The translations under genes and the position numbers were made by a program. From Halalkalibacterium halodurans (GTDB lineage: Bacteria; Bacillota; Bacilli; Bacillales; Bacillaceae_D): DNA of 14,605 bases. Under the pieces are notes generated by a model. It had not been told where the DNA came from. It ran no database searches and worked only from the letters and a program-made list of their open reading frames with translations. Shown here one piece after another: positions 1 to 6,594 of the stretch (position 1 is the first letter of the stretch; each line of letters starts with the position of its first letter). Where the stretch lies: the NCBI RefSeq assembly GCF_004376175.1, contig NZ_SNUY01000062.1:1645-16249 (forward strand). Direction: 5' to 3'.

Positions 1-284
1 TTTAGGTGCGATTTTGAGTGGGGCGAAGGTACATTTTTTTGTCTGAAATTATTTTACTTTCATTACCATTAATGGAAGTGTAGTCAACTGATTTTCTATT
101 TATGATTTGATTAAAAAGGTGCTTTTTGAACAAGCTCTATAAGTCAAAAAGAACAACGCAGGTGCCAAAAGGAAGGCGACTTCCCTAGAGCGCCCTACGA
201 TCAATCATCATCGGTTTGCAAACTCACCATCATTTCTTTGCGTTGTTTCGGTCTGGTCGCTGCGTGTTAAAGCGGAGGCTTTCC

Positions 285-1163
285 TTAAGAAAAAGAAAAC
301 GTCTGTAATAATTGAACAGGCTTCCCCTCATCCGTTTCATAGATAATCATGGCGTGATCCCCGTTTTCACTTAAAAAAATGAGCGGAATCGTGCTGCCGA
401 TCGGGTTCGTTGAATGCTGAGCATTTCCTGAACTTAACACATAATGTTTATAAAGTCTTTCCCACAGACCGCTGAGAATGATCGCGGTCTGTTTTACGTC
501 TAAATTTGGCAGTGGCACGGATTGATAGTCTGCTAATTTTGTGAGCGGGATGACATAATAAGACTCAGAATTGATGGCAAAATGTTCAATTAGACGTTCT
601 TGAATGTAGGTCATTTGCTGCTTTAGGATCGTGTCGAGAATGCGCTTTCCCTCTTTTTCCTCCGCTGTTTTTGCTACTTTGAAAGAAAGCAATGGACTTA
701 AAGGGGAATCGATGATATACAGCTCATCACGACTGATCGTCTGTGCACTCATAATGTCATCGTTTGGGTAATGGATCTCTGAATGATGAAAGGTAACCGC
801 TACGTAATGCCCGCTATCCTCACCAGCCACCTTTTTGTTCATCGTCAGGCTCGCCTCATTTTCTGTAGAGGCATACAACGTATCAATCAAGTATCCGTCT
901 TCAAAAAGGAGGGAGACATCCTGCCTTAAAAACGCAGGTTGATCCAAAGTGGAAGCGGTAGCCCAATCTAGGGTGTATTCATCTTCATCTTTTTTCGTCA
1001 TGAGTTCAATGGATGTTGTGGCTTCGGTATATGCTGCATCTGGATCAATGGGAAAGAACGTGAGTGCATCATGGAGAGATGGCTGCTTAGAAAAAAAAGA
1101 AAAATAGAGCCCTGCGGCAAAGGCACTAACGATAACAAATAAGAGCAATGGTTTTTTTAACAT
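285..1163 (-). CDS. Hypothetical membrane-anchored extracytoplasmic protein (292 aa), function unknown
   Basis: Uninterrupted 292-codon ORF. ATG at 1163 is preceded on the minus strand by SD GGAGGA (complement of 1172..1177), spacing 8 nt. The N-terminus MLKKP plus hydrophobic LLLFVIVSAFAAGLYFSFF has no lipobox Cys, so it is a signal anchor or uncleaved signal peptide. The rest is soluble and acidic. I do not recognise a family. Confidence 0.7.
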   Translation of the reverse strand: MLKKPLLLFVIVSAFAAGLYFSFFSKQPSLHDALTFFPIDPDAAYTEATTSIELMTKKDEDEYTLDWATASTLDQPAFLRQDVSLLFEDGYLIDTLYASTENEASLTMNKKVAGEDSGHYVAVTFHHSEIHYPNDDIMSAQTISRDELYIIDSPLSPLLSFKVAKTAEEKEGKRILDTILKQQMTYIQERLIEHFAINSESYYVIPLTKLADYQSVPLPNLDVKQTAIILSGLWERLYKHYVLSSGNAQHSTNPIGSTIPLIFLSENGDHAMIIYETDEGKPVQLLQTFSFS

Positions 1164-1319
1164 AGGATCGGTCCTCCATCTCTGTTCAAAGATAGCGCGT
1201 CCACTTTTTTCTACTATTCACTCTATGCGGCTTGTTCGAAAATATGTTGCAGTGAATTTTTATTGAAATGAATGGGAACATGGGAACGAGCAAACAATTC
1301 AACTAATGGAGGTGATCCT

Positions 1320-2783
1320 GTGGAGGAGTCAGAAAAGAAACGTCCGGTTCATCTTGACTTTGAGGATAATATCACATATTTAAAAAAAGCGCTTGGTGTG
1401 GAAGAAAATTTTGATATTGTCCACTTAGAGCTTTTCCATGCAGGAAAACAGATGGCGCTGTTTGTCGTGGATGGATTTGCAAAAGATTTTGCCATTACGC
1501 AAATTCAACGGGAGCTTGTGACGTTAGAGTTGGGGGATTTGGGCCATGACCCAGTTGAAACATTAATGAAAAGCGTCATCCCGTATGTGGAATTGTCGAC
1601 AGCCAGTGACTTAGATCAAGTCGTAGATGAAGTGTTGTCAGGTCCTGCCGCCCTTGTCATTGAAGGGGCAGAAAAAGTAATTTTAATCGATACGAGAGAG
1701 TATCCGGTCCGAGGACCAGAGGAACCTGATACAGAAAAAGTCATCCGCGGCTCTCGTGACGGATTTGTCGAAACGATCGTGATGAATGTGGCGTTGATTC
1801 GCCGCAGGGTGCGAGACCGTACATTGCGTGTAGAATATGTTAGTACTGGAAGGCGATCAAAGTCAGATCTTGCCATTACGTATATCGCCGACATCGCTGA
1901 TGATAAAATCGTGAGTAAGCTAAAGCAAGGTGTGGAAAAAATGATAACGGATGGCATTCCAATGGGAGATAAAACGATTGAAGAGTATGTCTTTGGTCAC
2001 CATTTGAATCCGTATCCTCTCGTACGTTATTCAGAGCGTCCAGATGTCGCTGCTTCTCACTTGTTTGAAGGTCATGTTCTTCTGCTTGTTGATGGATCCC
2101 CGAGTGTGATGATTGCCCCTACGACCTTTTGGCATCATTTGCAGCATGCGGAAGAATACAGGCAAAAACCAGTGGTTGGGGCTGCGCTTCGGCTCGTTCG
2201 ATTTCTAGCAGTCTGGACTTCGATTTTTTTGCTTCCATTGTGGTATTTGTACGCATCAAATGAAGGGCTTATTCCTCCAGGATTAGAGTTTATTGGGGAG
2301 GAACAAAAGGGGGCAGTTCCCCTCATCTACCAGTTTTTGTTTGCAGAAGCGGGAATAGAGATGCTGCGAATGGCGGCGATTCATACACCAAATGCTTTGT
2401 CCACCGCCCTTGGGCTAGTTGCGGCTCTATTAATTGGAGAAGTCGCGATTGAAGTAGGGATGTTTTCCCCAGAGGTAATCTTGTATTTAGCAGTAGCAGC
2501 CGTCGGGACCTTCGCTACTCCAAGCTATGAGCTGGGTCTAGCCAATCGCCTCATTCGCGTCGCCTTGCTAATCGTCACAAGTTTATTTGGTCTTGCGGGC
2601 TACTTGATTGGGACGACCGTCTGGCTCCTAATGCTTGCCCACATTCGATCGATCGATACCCCTTACCTTTGGCCGTTTATCCCATTTAATGGCCGGGCGC
2701 TTAGAGATGTGTTGCTTCGTGCGCCAATGCCTTTAAAACATCGCCGACCTGTTGCGATCCACCCAAAAGATCCTGATCGTTAA
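1320..2783 (+). CDS. GerA-family spore germination protein, A subunit (GerAA/SpoVAF-like), orphan
   Basis: Architecture is typical of GerAA/SpoVAF. There is a soluble N-terminal domain of about 230 aa (VVDGF..., IRGSRDGFVETI..N.ALIRRR, DGSP motifs). It is followed by a C-terminal block of about 5 TM helices (FLAVWTSIFLLPLWYLY, ALGLVAALLIGEVAIEVG, VILYLAVAAVGTFA, VALLIVTSLFGLAGYLIGTTVWLLML). The ORF track starts at ATG 1272, which has no SD. The in-frame GTG at 1320 sits 5 nt after a strong SD GGAGGTG (1308..1314), so I prefer 1320. No gerB-like or gerC-like genes are adjacent. Confidence 0.85.
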   Translation: MEESEKKRPVHLDFEDNITYLKKALGVEENFDIVHLELFHAGKQMALFVVDGFAKDFAITQIQRELVTLELGDLGHDPVETLMKSVIPYVELSTASDLDQVVDEVLSGPAALVIEGAEKVILIDTREYPVRGPEEPDTEKVIRGSRDGFVETIVMNVALIRRRVRDRTLRVEYVSTGRRSKSDLAITYIADIADDKIVSKLKQGVEKMITDGIPMGDKTIEEYVFGHHLNPYPLVRYSERPDVAASHLFEGHVLLLVDGSPSVMIAPTTFWHHLQHAEEYRQKPVVGAALRLVRFLAVWTSIFLLPLWYLYASNEGLIPPGLEFIGEEQKGAVPLIYQFLFAEAGIEMLRMAAIHTPNALSTALGLVAALLIGEVAIEVGMFSPEVILYLAVAAVGTFATPSYELGLANRLIRVALLIVTSLFGLAGYLIGTTVWLLMLAHIRSIDTPYLWPFIPFNGRALRDVLLRAPMPLKHRRPVAIHPKDPDR

Positions 2784-2945
2784 TTGGGTGCACTTTTCAC
2801 CTTCTTGTTTCATACAATGAAAGAACTTTTCCTTGTACGATCCCGTTTGAATAGATTTGCTTACAAGCTAAGTTTTTTAATCTAAATTAGTGTACAACCA
2901 CATAAGGATGAAGTATCGAGACTGTAACTGGAAGGGGCATGGTAT

Positions 2946-3461
2946 ATGTGGCCAGTTGTTGCGCTCACGCTTTTTGTTGTAACATTTGGGTTCGTCCTTG
3001 GTGGATTGGTCGTAGGAGGGAAGGTTCAAGCTAGACCTGTTTCCTTTCTACTGTTTAGCGGCCTGTTTTTGTTTAGCAGCTTTTTCGGGATGCTCGTCAG
3101 TTTGTTTACGACAGGGTGGTTTCCATTTCGATTACTAGACGTGGTGATCGTAGCCCTTTGTTTTGTGTTCATCGTTTCTTGTTTTATGCGCTTCCATCCG
3201 ACGTTTGGATTCTTTCAATTTGATGGAAGGGCCAATATGATCCTTTTTGCGGTGATCTCCTTTTTCCTTGGCTTGCAGCTCGGGATGCTAGGATGGCGAA
3301 CATTTTTTATTCTATTTTTGGCACTCGTTTTCACCGCTGGACTATTTGCTGGTGGAGTATTCCAAGTGCGAGCGGTAATGAAATTATATTCCAGACAACC
3401 ATCTTTTCATTTCCTTCCCCTCATTTGGCTTCTTTTCGCAACCGTATTGAAGCTGTTATAA
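2946..3461 (+). CDS. Small polytopic integral membrane protein (171 aa, about 6 predicted TM segments), uncharacterised
   Basis: ORF is almost entirely hydrophobic and F/L/G/V-rich, with short basic loops (e.g. WPVVALTLFVVTFGFVLGGLVVGG, VSFLLFSGLFLFSSFFGMLVSLF, MILFAVISFFLGLQLGMLGW, FHFLPLIWLLFATVLKLL). A weak SD GAAGGGG lies upstream of ATG 2946. It is co-directional with and immediately downstream of the gerAA-like gene. Confidence 0.7.
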   Translation: MWPVVALTLFVVTFGFVLGGLVVGGKVQARPVSFLLFSGLFLFSSFFGMLVSLFTTGWFPFRLLDVVIVALCFVFIVSCFMRFHPTFGFFQFDGRANMILFAVISFFLGLQLGMLGWRTFFILFLALVFTAGLFAGGVFQVRAVMKLYSRQPSFHFLPLIWLLFATVLKLL

Positions 3462-3484
3462 TAGCAGATGAGGTGACGACCGTC

Positions 3485-3679
3485 ATGAAAACGGTTTATG
3501 AAGTGCAACAGCTGCTAAAGCAGTTTGGCACGATCATTTACACTGGTGACCGTTCAGTGGACCTTGAGCTAATGGAGGAGGAGCTAAGGGAGCTTCATCA
3601 AATGGAAATGATTGATTCAATTACTTACCAAAAAGGAAGACTGCTCCTTCGAACTGAACGTGCCAAAATCAAGGAATAG
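3485..3679 (+). CDS. yqgQ: YqgQ-family small protein (DUF910-like, 64 aa)
   Basis: MKTVYEVQQLLKQFGTIIYTGDR...ELMEEELRELH matches the small conserved YqgQ protein encoded directly upstream of glcK in Bacillus subtilis. SD GAGGTGA (3470..3476) is 8 nt before ATG 3485. The track ORF 3293..3679 is an out-of-frame overlap extension into the upstream membrane gene. Confidence 0.8.
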   Translation: MKTVYEVQQLLKQFGTIIYTGDRSVDLELMEEELRELHQMEMIDSITYQKGRLLLRTERAKIKE

Positions 3680-3690
3680 TAGGTGGGGAA

Positions 3691-4683
3691 ATGAGTGACA
3701 GATGGTATGTTGGTGTGGACGTCGGTGGAACAACGATAAAGATGGCGTTTCTCACAACCGCAGGAGAGATTGTTGATAAGTGGGAAATTCCGACAAGCAA
3801 ACAGGACGGCGGTGCGCTGATTACAACAAATATTGCCGATGCTCTTGATAAACGACTTAGCGGGCATCATAAATCGAAGAGCGATCTAATTGGAATCGGA
3901 CTCGGGGCCCCTGGTTTTATCGAGATGGATACCGGCTTTATTTATCATGCGGTAAATATTGGTTGGCGGGATTTTCCGTTGAAGGATAAATTAGAGGAGG
4001 AGACAAAACTCCCTGTCATTGTCGACAATGATGCCAACATCGCAGCGTTAGGAGAAATGTGGAAAGGTGCTGGTGATGGGGCGAAAAATATGCTGCTCAT
4101 TACACTTGGAACAGGTGTTGGTGGTGGAATTGTTGCGAATGGAAACATTTTGCATGGGGTCAATGGGATGGCTGGTGAGATCGGTCATATTACGGTCATT
4201 CCGGAAGGGGGGGCTCCTTGTAATTGTGGGAAAACAGGATGTCTTGAAACAGTAGCAAGTGCAACTGGAATTGCCCGAATTGCAACTGAAGGAGTGACCG
4301 AACATAAGGAGAGTCAGCTCGCCCTAGATTATGACAAGCATGGGGTCCTTACGGCGAAAGATGTTTTTTCTGCAGCGGATGCGAGCGATGCTTTTGCATT
4401 ATCGGTCGTTGATCATATTGCCTATTATTTAGGCTTTGCCATTGCCAACTTAGCGAATGCTTTGAACCCGGAAAAAATCGTCATCGGTGGTGGGGTCTCT
4501 AAAGCGGGAGATACGCTGCTAAAGCCGATTAAGCAGCATTTTGAAGCCTATGCCCTACCTCGTGTGGCAGATGGAGCGGAGTTTCGCATTGCGACCCTCG
4601 GGAATGATGCCGGGGTCATTGGCGGCGGATGGTTAGTCAAGCAACAAGAGAACAGCATGGAAAAGGGGAACGAAACGGAATGA
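3691..4683 (+). CDS. glcK: Glucokinase (ROK family)
   Basis: N-terminal ATP-binding motif VGVDVGGTTIK. ROK zinc motif HITV....CNCGKTGCLE. GTGVGGG and GGGVS glycine loops. Size of 330 aa and position after yqgQ match Bacillus GlcK. Confidence 0.92.
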   Translation: MSDRWYVGVDVGGTTIKMAFLTTAGEIVDKWEIPTSKQDGGALITTNIADALDKRLSGHHKSKSDLIGIGLGAPGFIEMDTGFIYHAVNIGWRDFPLKDKLEEETKLPVIVDNDANIAALGEMWKGAGDGAKNMLLITLGTGVGGGIVANGNILHGVNGMAGEIGHITVIPEGGAPCNCGKTGCLETVASATGIARIATEGVTEHKESQLALDYDKHGVLTAKDVFSAADASDAFALSVVDHIAYYLGFAIANLANALNPEKIVIGGGVSKAGDTLLKPIKQHFEAYALPRVADGAEFRIATLGNDAGVIGGGWLVKQQENSMEKGNETE

Positions 4684-6095
4684 CAGACTATCGTGTAGAG
4701 CGAGATTTAATTGGTGAAAAGAAAGTACCGAAAGAGGCATATTATGGAATTCAAACGATGAGAGCGAGGGAAAACTTCCCCATTACAGGGTATCCCCCTC
4801 ATGAGGAATTGATTCGCGCCTTTGGCTTTGTCAAAAAGGCTGCTGCGATGGCGAATCGGGATGTAGGGGTGTTGCCAGCTAACATTGCCGATGCGATCAT
4901 TACCGCAGCAGACGAAGTGATCGAAGGAACGTTCAACGATCAATTTATCGTTGATGCGATCCAAGGTGGTGCAGGTACTTCTTTTAATATGAATGCAAAT
5001 GAAGTGATTGCCAATCGTGCGATTGAAATCCTTGGAGGAGAGAAGGGGGAATACCTCCGTGTGAGCCCAAATACTCACGTGAACATGGCGCAATCGACAA
5101 ACGATGCTTTCCCGACAGCTATTCATATTGCCTGTCTTTATTTAGCCAAAGGATTAATTCAATCACTAGAAGACCTGATTGCAGCCATTAAGGAAAAGGA
5201 ACAACAGTTTGACGATGTGTTAAAAATGGGGCGAACCCATTTACAGGATGCAGTTCCGATACGGATGGGACAAGAATTTGGCGCTTACCGCCGCGTGCTG
5301 ACTCGTGATTTGGGACGAATCCGCAGCTCAATTGATCATATGCATGAAATTAATATGGGGGCGACAGCAGTAGGGACAGGACTTAACGCAAAGCCTGAAT
5401 ATATGGAAAAAGTGGTTGCCTATTTAAGTGACATTACTGAATTTCCGTTCCGCCATGCAGCAGATTTAGTGGACGCGACGCAAAATACGGATGCTTACAC
5501 AGAATTATCGAGTGCGCTGAAAATTTTGGCGATCAATTTATCAAAAATGGCGAATGACATCCGCTTGATGAGCTCTGGGCCACGCACGGGGTTAAATGAA
5601 ATCAACCTTCCACCGCGTCAACCAGGGTCGTCGATCATGCCAGGAAAGGTAAATCCAGTAATGGCTGAAGTGATCAACCAAATTTCGTTCCAAGTCATCG
5701 GCAATGACCATACGATTAGCTTAGCGTCAGAAGCTGGGCAGCTTGAACTAAACGTTATGGAGCCGGTTCTCGTCTTTAACTTACTTCAATCGTTATCGAT
5801 CCTGCAAAACGGGATGAAGGTGTTCCGTCAGCACGCGATTGAAGGAATGACGGCCAACGTAGAGCGCTGCAAAGAAATGGTGGAGAGCAGTGTTGGGATC
5901 ATTACTGCGATCAACCCCCATGTAGGATATGAAACAGCCTCTCGAATCGCAAAGGAAGCGATCCAAACAGGGCGTCCAGTACGAGAAATTTGTCTAGAAC
6001 GAGGGATTTTAACAGAAGAGGAACTAAACGAAATTTTGGATCCGAAAGAAATGACGAAGCCTGGTATTGCTGGGGCAAGGTTCATTTACGGATAA
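4680..6095 (+). CDS. aspA: Aspartate ammonia-lyase (aspartase), fumarase/aspartase class II lyase superfamily
   Basis: Carries the superfamily signature GSSIMPGKVNPVM, plus TNDAFPT, GRTHLQDAVP and INPHVGYE. From memory, end-to-end similarity to Bacillus aspartases (MxxDxRxExDxxGEKxxPxxAYYG.QT.RA.ENFPITG). Start chosen at ATG 4680, which overlaps the glcK stop (ATGA). The longer track ORF from 4629 lies inside glcK. Confidence 0.9.
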   Translation: MTDYRVERDLIGEKKVPKEAYYGIQTMRARENFPITGYPPHEELIRAFGFVKKAAAMANRDVGVLPANIADAIITAADEVIEGTFNDQFIVDAIQGGAGTSFNMNANEVIANRAIEILGGEKGEYLRVSPNTHVNMAQSTNDAFPTAIHIACLYLAKGLIQSLEDLIAAIKEKEQQFDDVLKMGRTHLQDAVPIRMGQEFGAYRRVLTRDLGRIRSSIDHMHEINMGATAVGTGLNAKPEYMEKVVAYLSDITEFPFRHAADLVDATQNTDAYTELSSALKILAINLSKMANDIRLMSSGPRTGLNEINLPPRQPGSSIMPGKVNPVMAEVINQISFQVIGNDHTISLASEAGQLELNVMEPVLVFNLLQSLSILQNGMKVFRQHAIEGMTANVERCKEMVESSVGIITAINPHVGYETASRIAKEAIQTGRPVREICLERGILTEEELNEILDPKEMTKPGIAGARFIYG

Positions 6096-6161
6096 GAATT
6101 TAAAGGGAAACGATATGAACATACAATCGGGGGCTGTCCCAAAAGCACCTTAAAAAATAAA

Positions 6162-6200
6162 ATCGGGAGAACCGTTTGATGTGGTTCTCCCGATTTTTGT
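6162..6200 (+). terminator. Rho-independent terminator of the yqgQ-glcK-aspA unit (potentially bidirectional)
   Basis: Perfect 12-bp stem ATCGGGAGAACC (6162..6173) / GGTTCTCCCGAT (6183..6194), with a 9-nt loop and a following TTTTGT. An A-run precedes the stem, so it could also terminate minus-strand transcription. Confidence 0.85.
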
Positions 6201-6220
6201 GTTGATTTGTGTTCTTTGGT

Positions 6221-6334
6221 TCCTTCGAGCGACAGGCGGCGACTCCTGCGGGAAAAGCAACAGCGAAAGATCGCCGAGAGTGGGGTTCTCGAGGAAGCTG
6301 GAGCTTGCCCGAGGAAAGCGTCCGCCAAGTCGTC
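6221..6334 (+). other. GC-rich multi-hairpin intergenic element (candidate structured RNA or dispersed repeat), strand uncertain
   Basis: Markedly GC-rich relative to its flanks. Outer stems: GAC/GTC (6231..6233 with 6329..6331), GGCGG/CCGCC (6235..6239 with 6322..6326), and TCCTGCGGG/CCCGAGGA (6244..6252 with 6308..6315, one bulge). These enclose three small hairpins: GCGA-aaga-TCGC (6263..6274), CGAGA-gtggggt-TCTCG (6275..6291), and AAG-ctggag-CTT (6295..6306). There is no SD or credible ORF. Confidence 0.4.
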
Positions 6335-6354
6335 ATTTTGAACGAATAAGTAAA

Positions 6355-6401
6355 GGAGTTGCCTCAAAAGATAGACTTTTGAGACAGCTCCTCATTTTTT
6401 T
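6355..6401 (+). terminator. Second Rho-independent terminator following the GC-rich element
   Basis: Stem GGAGTTGCCTCAAAAG (6355..6370) pairs with CTTTTGAGACAGCTCC (6376..6391), with one mismatch and one G-T pair. The loop is ATAGA, followed by CATTTTTTTA. Confidence 0.75.
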
Positions 6402-6514
6402 ATGGTGTTGTTATAAGATTCAGCACAGGCCGATGTCCACTTTTAAGATGTCCTCCTCGTCACCATTCGGTATTTTTGCGCAAATCTTATCTTTTGCGGC
6501 AGAAACGTTTTGAG

Positions 6515-6543
6515 TTGCTAGCCGTAAAAAAATCAGTTACAAT
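6515..6543 (+). promoter_or_regulatory. Sigma-A type promoter of the ferredoxin-NADP+ reductase gene
   Basis: -35 TTGCTA (6515..6520), exactly 17 bp spacer, -10 TACAAT (6538..6543), about 50 nt upstream of ATG 6595. Confidence 0.7.
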
Positions 6544-6547
6544 TAAT

Positions 6548-6568
6548 TGATAATGATAATCAATATCA
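6548..6568. promoter_or_regulatory. Fur box (iron-responsive operator)
   Basis: GATAATGATAATCAATATC (6549..6567) matches the classical 19-bp Fur box GATAATGATAATCATTATC at 18 of 19 positions. It contains overlapping 7-1-7 motifs (TGATAATgATAATCA) and starts 5 bp after the -10 hexamer, covering the expected transcription start. Confidence 0.8.
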
Positions 6569-6594
6569 TCGTTTGTTAAAAGGGGCGAAAGAGG

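Noticed and set aside
35-48. 14-nt identity TTTTTTGTCTGAAA shared between 35..48 and 7907..7920
   Set aside because: It is a short AT-rich match in AT-rich intergenic DNA. A match of this length is expected by chance at about this window size, and the flanks do not extend the similarity.
1164-1319. Sigma-G/sigma-F forespore promoter upstream of the gerAA-like gene
   Set aside because: Several GAAT/CAT-containing strings are present. However, none gives both a -35 (GnATA) and a -10 (CATnnTA) at 17-18 bp spacing, so I cannot support a call from sequence alone.
1616-2326. Antisense ORFs 1616..1957 and 2135..2326 inside the gerAA-like gene
   Set aside because: They are shadow ORFs fully embedded opposite a well-supported CDS. 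They have no SD and their composition is unremarkable.
3293-3484. N-terminal extension of the yqgQ ORF (track ORF 3293..3679)
   Set aside because: The extension overlaps the 3' end of the membrane-protein gene in another frame. The conserved YqgQ sequence starts at M65 (ATG 3485), which has its own SD.
3625-4305. ORFs 3625..3870(-), 3945..4163(-), 4048..4305(-), 4067..4255(+) within glcK
   Set aside because: They are embedded in or overlap the confidently identified glucokinase CDS, and their Cys/Ser/Thr-rich translations are typical of off-frame reading.
4629-4679. Longer aspA start at 4629
   Set aside because: It lies wholly inside glcK. Aspartase homology begins at MTDYRVERD (ATG 4680), which forms an ATGA overlap with the glcK stop.
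4707-6085. Antisense ORFs 4707..5126 and 5828..6085 within aspA
   Set aside because: They are shadow ORFs opposite a strongly supported CDS.
6201-6354. Possibility that the GC-rich element is a known riboswitch (ZTP/pfl, ykkC/guanidine, others)
   Set aside because: It shares short strings (GGCGG...CCGCC, CCGAGAG) but lacks the diagnostic conserved cores I remember for those classes. It is followed by a terminator and then by an independent promoter, so it is not a 5' leader of the downstream gene.
6086-6513. Three overlapping track ORFs (6086..6367 minus, 6100..6336 minus, 6181..6513 plus) across the aspA-reductase intergenic region
   Set aside because: They overlap each other on both strands and span two terminator hairpins. 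They have no SD and give low-complexity R/S/P/G/K-rich translations driven by the GC-rich structured element. I treat them as non-coding.
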